NCBI GenBank assembly: GCA_963827655.1
Contig: CAWHCF010000036.1
Span: 224,001-288,000 of the forward strand
Length of the DNA: 64,000 bases
From: an uncultured Acidobacteriota bacterium
GTDB lineage: Bacteria; Acidobacteriota; UBA6911
Direction of reading: 5' to 3'
Shown piece after piece: positions 42,043 to 52,257 of this stretch (positions within the stretch are counted from its first letter, which is position 1; every line of letters begins with the position of its first letter). The translations under genes were made by a program, and so were the position numbers. The notes beneath the pieces are model-generated. The model was not told where the DNA came from. It saw nothing but the letters and a program-made list of their open reading frames with translations, and did no database searches.

Positions 42043-42924
42043 ATGGGCGAAACGTTTACGCCGAGCAGGACTGCCGAGGTAATGGCGCTCTTCCGTGCGC
42101 TCGAAACGCTCCGTCCACCGCAGGAACGGCTGTTTGCGGACCCGCTGGCGGAGCATTTCTTGGGCTCCTGGGGACGTGCTTTGGTCATCGTGTCGCGCAT
42201 CCCTTTCGCCCGTCGGTTGGTTGAGCGGGTCGTGGATCGGAGGTGGCCCGGTGCCCGTACGTCGGCGATTGCACGGACTCGCCTCATTGATGATGCAGTC
42301 GGTTTGGCGATGCACGATGGTGCCGCGCAACTTGTTCTGCTTGGCGCGGGATTTGACAGTCGTCCGTATCGACTAGCAGTCGGCCGCGCCCGAATATTCG
42401 AGTTGGATCAGCCTGCGACACAGAAACGAAAGATTCAGGGGATTGAGGCTCGATTTGGATCATCTGCGAAAAGCGTCATCTACATTCCGGTCGACTTCCA
42501 GACGCAAACTGTCGACTCCGCGCTGCGCGCGAAAGGATTCGATCCAGACGCCCTATCACTTGTTGTGTGGGAAGGAGTCACGAACTATCTGTCGGAAGGC
42601 GCCGTTGACGTAACACTACGGTCGGTCGCAAAGGCTGTAGCTCCCGGCAGTGCCATGGTCTTCACCTACGTCCATCGCGGTCTGCTTGATGGATCGGTTG
42701 AATTCGCCGGAGGCGCTCAGATTTTGGAGCAAGTTCGCGCGGCGCACGAGCCGTGGACGTGCGGGTTCGAACCGCGGGATCTTCCGTCATATCTTGCGGC
42801 GCGCGGATGGACGCTCATCGACGATTTGTCGGCCGACGAGTATCGCGCCAGGTACTTCGGCGCCGCGGCGCAGTTGATGTCAGGATACTCGTTTTATCGT
42901 GCCGTCCTTGCTCGCCGGCAGTAA
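42043..42924 (+). CDS. SAM-dependent methyltransferase (LCM/TIGR00027-like)
   Basis: LFADPLA, RTRLID, QLVLLGAGFDSR, ELD, WEGVTNYL. Confidence 0.92.
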   Translation: MGETFTPSRTAEVMALFRALETLRPPQERLFADPLAEHFLGSWGRALVIVSRIPFARRLVERVVDRRWPGARTSAIARTRLIDDAVGLAMHDGAAQLVLLGAGFDSRPYRLAVGRARIFELDQPATQKRKIQGIEARFGSSAKSVIYIPVDFQTQTVDSALRAKGFDPDALSLVVWEGVTNYLSEGAVDVTLRSVAKAVAPGSAMVFTYVHRGLLDGSVEFAGGAQILEQVRAAHEPWTCGFEPRDLPSYLAARGWTLIDDLSADEYRARYFGAAAQLMSGYSFYRAVLARRQ

Positions 42925-43075
42925 CGCCGAAGTTTTGCAGAAAACATCGGCGCGAGCTCCCTGCACCTCTCGGGACCAGAGGTCCTATTGTGGGAAGTTC
43001 CAGAGGTTTATCTCTTGGTCACCTGGACGTATAGTCGGCTAACCGTCCATTAGGCCTATCAGCATGTACGCTTGA

Positions 43076-43141
43076 TTAGACGGGTTCGATGCCGATCTGG
43101 TCATTTACCGCACCTTTCAAACGCTGCTTGCATCCGATATA
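43076..43141 (-). pseudogene. Tyrosine recombinase C-terminal tail
   Basis: YIGCKQRLKGAVNDQIGIEPV*; family assignment is from memory of ...TTERYLGCKQ..AVND.IGIEP integrases. Confidence 0.7.
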
Positions 43142-43169
43142 AATCAAATGTGCTGCAGGACATTTCAAG

Positions 43170-43244
43170 TACCTCGGCTGTAGACAGAAGCCTCGAATCG
43201 CCGTGAACGACAGCCTTGGAATCGAACCCGGCCAGGCAGCCTGA
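43170..43244 (+). pseudogene. Second tyrosine recombinase C-terminal tail
   Basis: YLGCRQKPRIAVNDSLGIEPGQAA*, homologous to the opposite-strand tail. Confidence 0.7.
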
Positions 43245-43302
43245 TCGTCGAACGGGGCGGCATAGATCACCCCTTGGCGACTTTGCGCGATGTGTCGTTC
43301 TT

Positions 43303-43683
43303 TTACATGTCGCTGCGGAAATCATAGAAGACACGAATGAGGTTGCCATCAAGATCGGCGACCATAAACTCGCGCAGCTTCCACGGTTTGTCCTCGGGCT
43401 CGGAAACGATCTTCGCGTTCGCGGCCTTCCACTGTGCGAAGAGTTCGTCTACCTCAGCCTTGCTGTCGAGATTGAGCCAGAAAAGGATAGGGCCTATGTT
43501 GCCGTAGGACTCTCGGAAGGAGCGATTGGTGATAAACAGTCTGCAATTCCCCCTTGAGATGCCTGCAATGCCGCCTTGGTCGTCCCCCCAATCGAAGGTG
43601 AAGCCCAGCGTGTTGACATAGTAGGCAACGGCTTTGTCGACGTTGGCCGCGGGGATCTCCGGGACAGGAGCGGGGAACGTCAT
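43303..43683 (-). CDS. VOC/glyoxalase family protein
   Basis: YYVNTLGF, PEDKPWKLREF..DLDGNLIR. Confidence 0.88.
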   Translation of the reverse strand: MTFPAPVPEIPAANVDKAVAYYVNTLGFTFDWGDDQGGIAGISRGNCRLFITNRSFRESYGNIGPILFWLNLDSKAEVDELFAQWKAANAKIVSEPEDKPWKLREFMVADLDGNLIRVFYDFRSDM

Positions 43684-44041
43684 GCAGTGAATCGTAGCAC
43701 GAGCACGCGGCTTGGACACCCAGGAATATCAGGGGTTGAGTTCAATCCATAAGTTTCGTCGATCATTCGTGATTAACGCAGCTGGCGTCCTTCAGCGCAA
43801 AAGCGTGAAGGAGGAATGCTATGGCTCGATGCATCGTGCGGAAGAGGATATTGACGTGCTTTTTGATCCCAGCTCCGGTGCAGCTTTCTGGTCAGGCACC
43901 CGCACCAATGGATTCACGGGAGGTCGTTGCGGACAGAAAACGACTGGCGGCCGGTAAGGCTTGACCTGTTGGAATCGCCAGCAAGCTTCGGAAGCGCCCT
44001 CAGCGGACGGGCCGATGGCTCGCATACCGCTCGGGACCCGG

Positions 44042-44455
44042 TCAGGAGAGGGGTGAAGCCGGAGGGCGCCCGGGCTCGTCAGCCGAGGGTCCGACTCTCT
44101 GGATCAGCTCCCCCACCACTAAGAACCAGCCCTGGAGCTCCGCTGCCGTCGGCGCCAGCTCGTACGGGTGATGGTGGCAGGCCCGGCTCAGGGCCGACCA
44201 GGCGTGGCCGGCGCGTGCGGCAAGCTCCGCGTCCTCCAGGTAAGTCCGCAAGCAGATGAGCTGGGCCCGCATCGAGCAGCCCTGGAGATCGAGCGTCCGG
44301 CGTTTCCACAGCCCGAGAACGCTTGCCTCGAGAGCTTGCCGGGCGAGGAGGGCCGAGGCCCGGGGCCACAGACCGGCTGTGGACGGATCCACTCGGCGGA
44401 GCAGGCCGCGGGCCATGTCGAGAAGCTCACGTGGGTTGCCCTCCCCTCTAGTCAA
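44042..44455 (-). CDS. Small helical protein with HEPN-like motifs
   Basis: ARQALEA helix and RACHHH (Rx4H); TTG start overlaps the ATPase stop (TTGA). Confidence 0.7.
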   Translation of the reverse strand: MTRGEGNPRELLDMARGLLRRVDPSTAGLWPRASALLARQALEASVLGLWKRRTLDLQGCSMRAQLICLRTYLEDAELAARAGHAWSALSRACHHHPYELAPTAAELQGWFLVVGELIQRVGPSADEPGRPPASPLS

Positions 44456-46899
44456 CGCAGCCCCTGCAACCACGCCGCCAGTTTGCTCGCCCGCCGGACG
44501 AGGTCGACGGCAGCGAGCGCCTGGACCTCGTAGTCCCCCTCATGGCATTGCCGTAGAGTCTCGGCGCCTCCCGGTCCGACTTCGTGGTCGAGGTGGGGGA
44601 GGACGTCCCCGACGCGCTCGACATCGTCGAAGACGGCGAGGGCGGCCAGCCGTGTCAGGCGACCCGCTTCGGTCAGCGTCCGCTCGACCTCGGCATGCGG
44701 CTCTCCACGGGTCAGCCGCCGCCGGCGCACCACCTCCATGCACGCGGCTTCGAGGGCGAGGCAACACAGTCCCGGCACCACTCGAGCGGCCGCCGAGGAG
44801 GGAAGATCGGCAGTGCTGGCCACCGTGAAGGCGTCCTCGAGGTAGCGACCCACGGGATCGAGGGCCCGCCGCAGCTCCACCACCGAGGCCTCCCGGCGAG
44901 TCACTTCGACGATCTCGGCGGCGATGTCGAGCCGGCGAACGGCTTCGGGAAGCCGGTCGTCGTGGGTGAAGACCAGGACTTGGCGGTTCGCGGACGCGCT
45001 CTCCAGGACGCGGGCCAAGCCGTCGACCCGGGCCGGGTCCATCGACTGCACCGGGTCATCGATGACAATAAAGCGGAAAGGGCTCTCGGGGAGGGTGGCC
45101 CGAGGTACGAAGAGACTTAGGGCGAGCGAGTGCAGCTCGCCCTGGCTCATGACCCCCAGAGCAGCGCCGCCGACACCATCGATGGTGACGTCGAGGGCCA
45201 CGCGGCGTCGTGTGCCCTCTCCTGTGAGCTGGATCTTCCCTAGCTCCACGTGGCTCTGCTGGCGGAGATACTCCCAGATCCGGGCCGCTTTCTCGGCGAT
45301 GGGTGCGAAGCGGTCATCACGGATCCCGGCCGCCGCCTTTTTGAGCCAGGCCTCGGCCGGCTTGAGCCGCTTCAAGTCGGCGGCTCCCCGTACGGCTTCG
45401 TGGGCGCCCGCCAGCCAGGTCGCGACCTCGACGGCCACCGGTCGCCACGCGTCCTCCTTGCGCCCAAGTTCGGCCCGCGCCCTTTCTCGCAGGCGGACGA
45501 TCGCCTCCCGCAGCGGTTCACTGGCTGACTCGACGTGGTCGGCCAGCTTTCCGAGGTCGGCTATCGATCCAGCCTTGACCCAGACCCCCAGCGCTTCGAC
45601 GAACTCGTCCAGGTCCAGGCCCAGGCCGGCCGCGCGCGTGAGCGCCTCCCCTTTCAAGGTGACCAGGCCTTCCCACTGGCGCCGAGCGGCGTCGGCCCGC
45701 TCGTGGATGGCGTCTGCTTCGCGCGCCGCTTTATGAAGACGGGCCGCGGCGGCCCGTTGTCGCACGCTCCAGGGCCGGTCGAGGGCGCCTTTGCGGCCGC
45801 ACACCGGGCAGTCGGCGTCGCCGTGAGCGGCGTGATACTGGAGAGCGAGGTCGAGGAGCGCCGCCGCTTCGCGGGACCGGGCCTGCGCCGTCCCCAGGGC
45901 CGACTGCAAGGCCGCAGCCGCGGTGCGCATCTCGGCGACGGCGGCCGACACTCGCGCGGGCTCGGGTGGCTCCAGGCTCGCGATCCCCCGGAGTACGTCG
46001 ACCTCCGCCGCCCCGGCTCCCGGAGACGGGGCTCCCGAGAGCACTTCTTCGACCGCGCCGAGATCCCACTCCTTGCCGTCGAGGGCGGCGACGACGCGCC
46101 GTGCCCGGGCGTCGTCCACGTTACGCAGGCGCTCGATCAGGCGACCCCGCGCGTCGGTCGCGTCCTTGAGAGCCTTCTCACGCGAGCGGCGGGCCTCCTG
46201 GAGCGCGCGCTGGGCTTCGACGAGGTCCTCGAGACCCAGGATCGAGGAGAGGGCATCGTAGAGCTTCGAGGGCCCTTCGTCGAGCAGGGAGCCCAGCTCG
46301 TTATAGGAAAGGAAGGGGCGATGGGTGCGCAGGGCCGCGGTCCAGCCCAGGGACCCAAGGTCGGACCGGGGCTTGCCGTGAAGCTGGGCCGAGGCTTCGG
46401 CGGCTTCGAACGCCGCCCCGGGTTCCCAACGGCGCCACATCTTGCACGGCCCGTGCTCACCTTCGACGAGAAACGTCGCTGTCAGAGACGCCGTGGGATG
46501 ATGGAGGTTCCGCCAGCCCTCGCGCCAGACGGCGGCGCGCTCCTTCCAGCGCAGACTGTCGCCGGTGAGAAGGACCTCAAGGGCCTCGGCGAAGCTCGAC
46601 TTGCCGGAGCCGTTACGCCCTACGACGAGCGTCAGGCCGGGCCCGGGCCGCAGCTCCAGCGTCTGTGCAGGACCGATCCCGCGGAACCCTTCGACGGCGA
46701 TTGACTGCAGGAATGCGCCGGCGGGCGCCGGAGACACCTGCGCTACGGCACTGCGCGGCGCGGCCGCGCTGCCCGACAGTTCTGCCTCGATCCCGGAGGC
46801 GCCTTCGAGAGCTGCGAGGACGAGCGCACCCCACGCCTTCTCGATGGGGCCGTCGGCCTCGAGCCGCGACAACACGATGTTCCTGATGCCCGGGTCCAT
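44452..46899 (-). CDS. Rad50/SbcC/RloC-like ABC ATPase with zinc hook
   Basis: Walker A GRNGSGKSS, coiled coil with CPVC, signature MSQGE, Walker B IVIDDPVQSMD, H-loop FTHD. Confidence 0.88.
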   Translation of the reverse strand: MDPGIRNIVLSRLEADGPIEKAWGALVLAALEGASGIEAELSGSAAAPRSAVAQVSPAPAGAFLQSIAVEGFRGIGPAQTLELRPGPGLTLVVGRNGSGKSSFAEALEVLLTGDSLRWKERAAVWREGWRNLHHPTASLTATFLVEGEHGPCKMWRRWEPGAAFEAAEASAQLHGKPRSDLGSLGWTAALRTHRPFLSYNELGSLLDEGPSKLYDALSSILGLEDLVEAQRALQEARRSREKALKDATDARGRLIERLRNVDDARARRVVAALDGKEWDLGAVEEVLSGAPSPGAGAAEVDVLRGIASLEPPEPARVSAAVAEMRTAAAALQSALGTAQARSREAAALLDLALQYHAAHGDADCPVCGRKGALDRPWSVRQRAAAARLHKAAREADAIHERADAARRQWEGLVTLKGEALTRAAGLGLDLDEFVEALGVWVKAGSIADLGKLADHVESASEPLREAIVRLRERARAELGRKEDAWRPVAVEVATWLAGAHEAVRGAADLKRLKPAEAWLKKAAAGIRDDRFAPIAEKAARIWEYLRQQSHVELGKIQLTGEGTRRRVALDVTIDGVGGAALGVMSQGELHSLALSLFVPRATLPESPFRFIVIDDPVQSMDPARVDGLARVLESASANRQVLVFTHDDRLPEAVRRLDIAAEIVEVTRREASVVELRRALDPVGRYLEDAFTVASTADLPSSAAARVVPGLCCLALEAACMEVVRRRRLTRGEPHAEVERTLTEAGRLTRLAALAVFDDVERVGDVLPHLDHEVGPGGAETLRQCHEGDYEVQALAAVDLVRRASKLAAWLQGLR

Positions 46900-46931
46900 G
46901 CGCCTAGTGCCGTTCCAACTTGTTGTCTCTA

Positions 46932-47166
46932 AGGGTTCGTGAAGAAATAAGTTCGCATTCTGCTGCAGGCCCCCAGGCCCGCTGGCGAGGCGCGAGCGAC
47001 GATGCGTACCCGGTGCGGTACGTGAGGAGCGAGCAACAAAGCCAGCGGGCCTGCGGGCCGCAGCCCGAAGGGGCGCGATCCTCAGCGTGCTTGGCGAACA
47101 GAAACCGGTTCATGATTGACCACCGACTCTCGCGCCAGAATGTGAAGTTATTTCTGCGCGAGCCCT
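46932..47166. mobile_element. MITE-like element, ~235 bp
   Basis: 31-bp imperfect terminal inverted repeats AGGGTTCGTGAAGAAATAAGTTCGCATTCTG / CAGAATGTGAAGTTATTTCTGCGCGAGCCCT; internal IR GGCCCGCTGGC..GCCAGCGGGCC; no transposase. Confidence 0.7.
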
Positions 47167-47256
47167 ATAGCATCGAAATCGAAGAGGCGAGTCGGCGTTT
47201 CAGGTAGCGGCCTCCGTTGCCAGTCTTCAGAAAGAACGTACGGCTCCGCGTCCAAG

Positions 47257-49023
47257 TCATCGGGCCTTCAGGATGAGGGCGGTCAGGTCGTCGCTGGAGC
47301 CCACCGCGCCCGCCCATTGGTTGACCGCCGCTATCAGGCCCTCCAGGATGGTGGACGCGCTCCCCCCGGAAAGTGTGCATAGAGCCTCGCAGACCCGCTC
47401 GTCGCCGAACTCGCGTTCGTCGGGAGAGTTGGCCTCGGTCACCCCGTCCGTTACCATGGCTACCACGTCCCCCGGCTCGAGCCTCACCTCGCCCGCCTCG
47501 TAGGACACATCATCAAGGATGCCCAGGGCGAGCCCGCCCGTCAGAAGCCGGCTCACCGTCCCGTCCCGGGCGACGCGGTAGGGCGGGACGTGGCCGGCGT
47601 TGACGTAGGCGAGCCGGCCCGATGCCGCGTCGAGTTCCCCATAGAAGAGCGTCACGTATTTATTGGCCTGGGTCTTCGCGAAGAGGAAACCGTTGAGGCG
47701 CTCGATCACCTTCGCGGGCGCTGCCGTCCCCGCCAGCGCCTGCATGGATGCGTGGACCGAGGCCATCAGAAGGCTGGCCGGCGTCCCCTTCCCCGAGACG
47801 TCCGCTATGAGGAGGGCGAGTCGGCCGCTTCCCAGGTTGATCCAATCGTAGCAATCGCCGCCCACCTCGTAGCATGAGCGGCTCTCGGCCGCCATGTCGA
47901 AGCCCGGGATCGCGGGGAAGTGCGGCGGGAAGAGACTGCGCTGGATCTCGCGGGCGAGCTGCAGCTCGCGGTCCTGCCGCTGCTTCTCGACGCGCAGCCG
48001 GTGCAGGCGCGCGCCTTCCAGCGCGGCGAATGCGTGACGGGCCAGCGTCTGAGCGAAGTCCCGGTCCTCCGACGAGAACGGCGTGCGAGAAGCGCGCTCC
48101 CCGATGGCCAGGACCCCCTCGACGCGCTCCCCAGCCGTCAAAGGCACTGCGAGGGCCAGCCGGGCTTCCTTCAGCCGCCGGCGCAGCGGTCCGTCCGGCA
48201 ACTCAGCCACCTCCTTCGGCCCGAGGAGGTCACGGAGCGCGGCCCGCGCCTCTTCGGGAGGGATTGGCGCGCTGTTGACCTCGCGCCGCAGCCCGCGTTC
48301 GTACACGAGGGTCAGTCCTCGCGGCCCGAGGAGGTAGAGGCCGCAGCGCGAGACCACGAAGTGGCCCATGACGGTGGTCGTGATGAGGCCCTGGATCGCC
48401 TCCTCCTCGAAGCTACCTGTCAGCTCACGGCTGACGTCGAACAGGTTGTGGAGCTGGTACACCTTGACTGAGAGCTTCTGCTTCACGCGCCTCAGCTCGT
48501 CGTAGATGAGGTTGTTCTCGACCGGAGCGGCGGCACAGGCGGCCACGCTGCGCAGGAAGGCGTGCTCCTCCGCGCCGTACGCGTCTCCTCCCGCTCGGGG
48601 GCCCAGGCCGAGCACGGCGATCGCGCGCTCGCGGCGACGGATCGTGCACAGCAGCACGAGACCGTGGCGGGCATGGGCCTGGTCGCCGGGCCCCAGGGCC
48701 GTGAGGTCATCGGGTGGCGCCTCAAAGCCCAGTGTGGAGGGCGCCCCCGGCGGGAGGCCGCACGAGGCCCGGATCGCGAAGGTGTCGTCGTCGCGCCTCA
48801 CGAAGAGGGCCCCCCGCGAGGCCTGCATCTCTGACATGACGATCAGAAGGGCCGCGTTCAGGCTCTCCTCACTGGCGAGGCCTGAGCTGAGCGTGGTCGT
48901 GAAGTCGAGGAGCGAGATCAGCTCCGACATCCGCTTGAGGAGCGGTGGCTTCCTCCCCCCCTCCCGCCGGAAGTGGTCGAGGGCCTGCTGGTACTCGCGA
49001 ACCACGGGGGTGGAGGCCGACAT
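47257..49023 (-). CDS. GAF-GAF-SpoIIE/PP2C phosphatase (RsbU-like)
   Basis: VGGDCYD, DVSGKG, NAGH, TDGVTEA, DDLT. Confidence 0.92.
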   Translation of the reverse strand: MSASTPVVREYQQALDHFRREGGRKPPLLKRMSELISLLDFTTTLSSGLASEESLNAALLIVMSEMQASRGALFVRRDDDTFAIRASCGLPPGAPSTLGFEAPPDDLTALGPGDQAHARHGLVLLCTIRRRERAIAVLGLGPRAGGDAYGAEEHAFLRSVAACAAAPVENNLIYDELRRVKQKLSVKVYQLHNLFDVSRELTGSFEEEAIQGLITTTVMGHFVVSRCGLYLLGPRGLTLVYERGLRREVNSAPIPPEEARAALRDLLGPKEVAELPDGPLRRRLKEARLALAVPLTAGERVEGVLAIGERASRTPFSSEDRDFAQTLARHAFAALEGARLHRLRVEKQRQDRELQLAREIQRSLFPPHFPAIPGFDMAAESRSCYEVGGDCYDWINLGSGRLALLIADVSGKGTPASLLMASVHASMQALAGTAAPAKVIERLNGFLFAKTQANKYVTLFYGELDAASGRLAYVNAGHVPPYRVARDGTVSRLLTGGLALGILDDVSYEAGEVRLEPGDVVAMVTDGVTEANSPDEREFGDERVCEALCTLSGGSASTILEGLIAAVNQWAGAVGSSDDLTALILKAR

Positions 49024-49800
49024 GGCACTCGGAAACCTATAGGAGATTAGAATACGCAGCCGCGACGGCAGAGTTCCCGGAGCGAGGCCTCCCGCAACTC
49101 GTGCGAGAGATGCACGGCATGACGCTTCGTCGTTCCGGAAATCTTACAGGCGTTGTATATCGCGAAGGCGTCCGGCGAGCAAGGGAAATGGTGGCAGCGG
49201 ATGGTTGCCTCGCCGATGTGGGGACTGGGAAGGTCGGGATTGCCTCTACTTCCCCGGCAACCAGAACCGCCCTCGCAGCCCTGACGTTGCTCGAAATGCG
49301 CTCCTCCAGCCCCGGCCCCGCGCGAAATTTCGCTTCCTCCGGAAGCCTCCACGATAGAAACGCTTATATGCGTATCTCACGAAATCACGAATCTCACGCT
49401 CATCATCGCCAGAAGGACGTCTATCACCGCATTGATCGATGAGGGTGACTGCTCTGTGGGGGATCGGCAATCGAGATCTTCAGCATCTCCTTCCGCCTTG
49501 GGAACTGCATTACTCGTGCCAGATCGTTCTTGGGTTCGAGATGTATCGTAAAAAGCTGATTGGAATAAAGTTCACAAAGGATGCGGCGAATCGCGTGGCG
49601 AGAACTGTCTAAGGTGTCGACACGACACGTGTCGAGAGGTGTCGGACTTTAGACACAATTCCCGCGAGCCGACTGTGAACAAGCGGACAGCGAATAATCG
49701 AAGTACTGAAGGCACATGATTCATCCAGAGCAATGGAGACGTCTAAGAGCTGGCGACGGGAGGGGGAATACCCTATGGCGAGCGCCGCTCGCGCTGATCC

Positions 49801-50064
49801 ATGGGCTCGCCGTTCAACTACGGCCTTCTTCACGAAGACCTCTTCTTTGAGACCAGCGGCGAGTTTTTCGGGGTTTGGGAGATCATAAAACCCATCGTCC
49901 CACAGGCTCGCGAGCGTTTCGTCGACCAGCAATATCTCTCACACCTGGAACGGGTCGCACAGCGCTACGAATCCTTGGCGGAACGCCGTGCGCCCGGCCA
50001 TGTTGCTGCCATGCGGCAATTCATGCAGCAGATGCGCCCTCAACCGGCAGCGGCAACCGCCTGA
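49801..50064 (+). pseudogene. C-terminal fragment of a hypothetical protein (possibly DUF4760-like)
   Basis: LHEDLFFETSGEFFGVW..; N-terminal half absent. Confidence 0.45.
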
Positions 50065-50221
50065 TCAGACCGCAAACTAACCCGAGATGATGCTGGCAGG
50101 GTTCTCGTTCGGTCAGTTTGTCAGCGAACTTCACTACAGTCTGCGGTCTTGATGTCAACCTGACGAGATTCCTTCGAGATCCTCGCGATCGAAATTTCGG
50201 GACTGCGCCAAATCGAAGATG

Positions 50222-51526
50222 TTAACGGCTTGCCTTGATGTCGTAGGCCCACAACGTCTCGAGATCCCGAATGTAAAGCCTCCCATTAGCAATGACCGGA
50301 TACGCAAACGCCCTCTCCGCATACTGCCCCACCTTTTTATGCTTCGGCTGATTCGGCGGAGTGAATCGGCCCTTTTCGCGATACGCCTTCAGGGGTCGCC
50401 TCCACCAACACGAAATCTCCATTCTCTTTGTGAAGGTATAAATGCCCATCGGCGTAGGCTACCGAACTCATGCCTAAACTCTCGGCCTTCCATTTCACCT
50501 TCCCCGTAGTGAACTCAACCGCGACCAGCTCTTTCCCGGCGATTTCAGTGCCGTAAAGATAGTCACCGACCAGCACCGCCCCGCCGAAGCCGTTCGGGAG
50601 TCCGCGCGTGAAGTAGACCTGCTCCGCGGCGACTCCGCCACCGTCCGGCTTTAAGCGGACGAGTCCACCTCCGATACTAAGCGCCCCACCGTACACATAT
50701 TCACCACGCGCGACCGGCGTGAAAGACTGCGCCGGGCCTTTGGCCACTTCCTTGTAGCGCCAGAGGAACTCGCCCGTCTTCGCATCAACTCCGACTATGC
50801 CTTTTTTCAAAAACTGCACATATTGTTTTCGCCCGCCCCCTTGCACGACAATCGCCGACGCATAACCTGCGGGGTCGCCACCCGGAACCGCCGATTTCCA
50901 GATGACCGCGCCCGTCTTCTTGTTAAGCGCCACTATGGTGGCCTGCGCGCCGCCGGGGGTTACGACAACGACGTCACCATCAACCAACGGAGACTCCGCA
51001 TAGGCCCATTCGCCCGGTTGGCCGCCGAACTCTTTACGGATGCTCTTCTGCCATCGAATCTTGCCGCTGCCGGTCTCGAGGCAGGCGAGGTCACCGTCCG
51101 AGCCCAGCGCGTAGATGAAGTCTCCGTCAACGGTAGGAGTGGACCGGGCCTTCGGGTAAGGCGGGTTCTGATCCGGGTTGCCTACGTTGCCGACGCGCGT
51201 TGTCCAGACAGGTGTTCCATCCTGAGTTGAGAGAGCCTGAACAAACTCGTTCTCCATGCCACGGTTACTCATCAGGTAGATCCGCGTTCCGACAACCGCC
51301 GGCGTTGAATAGCCGTCTCCTATGTCGTTCACTTGCCAGAGCAGTTTGGGTCCCTCCACCGGCCATTGTTTAAGGAGGCCGCTCTCCTGCGATGTCCCGT
51401 CACGTTGCGGACCTCGCCACTGAGGCCAGTCGGAAGTCGAAGTACCCATGTTGGCAGACCTCGAAATGGACACGGCTGAGAAGCCAACCAAACCGCTGCA
51501 ATGGTAGTTAGTAATCGTGACTTCAC
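50222..51526 (-). CDS. PQQ-like/BamB-type beta-propeller protein, indels at ~51492 and ~50387
   Basis: DWPQWRGPQRDG, GYSTP, STPTVDG, AYPVIANGRLYIRD; GTG start with AGGAG RBS. Confidence 0.85.
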
Positions 51527-52257
51527 TGTCTTCTCCTTCTGACTATTGGAGATGCAGAGGGATGCCCATGGCTGAAGGCAACAGGTATTCACATCAACAG
51601 ATCAGTAGTTTTACGATTTTTGCGGGCTTTTGGTTTGAATTCATTTTTTTTCTCCTTTTCTTGAACGATATTGAACAGGCTATGAGCGCACGGTCAGGGA
51701 TCTTGTCGGCACTCCTGTCCTAGGAGGTCTACGAATGCTCAACGGGGCCCGGATTGGGTTCTTGACGGATATTGGGATGGATCGCTGTCAAATGTGGAGT
51801 ATGTGGTCGTCGCTCAATGCGGCTGAGAAGGCACGATTGGGCCTGGCGGTTCCGCAACGGCACGCCGCGCTTGCTCCAGCCACAGTGTGAACCGCATCGC
51901 GGCCAGGTCATGAGCCTGACGATCGGCTCACTCTCTCCTTCGCGATCCCCGGCCGCCCACCGCGCCCGGGATCAATTCCCCTTCGGCACCGCCTGCGTCA
52001 GGAGCGCGAGTGCGCGCCGCAAGCTCCGCAGGAACAGATTTTCAGCGGCGAGCGCACCTCGTGAACGAAGCCCGGTCCTAAACACGAAACTCACTCTATG
52101 CGACAGGGAATGGATGATTATGCAAGCATGGATCAGAAAGGGGATCTTCCGATGAACGCTTGCTGCGCCAGCTTTTGGATCACCATGTCGCGCTCAAGCG
52201 TCGGGAACTGACGTTTGACGATGGTCGTCGGTCAGAGAGTGCCGCCGCAACGGCTAG

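Noticed and set aside
43037-43081. attC-like GGCTAAC...ATTAGAC
   Set aside because: Core sites are off-consensus and there is no internal stem.
51787-51806. TCAAATGTG half-site like the one at 43144
   Set aside because: The second arm is absent and 9 bp can match by chance.
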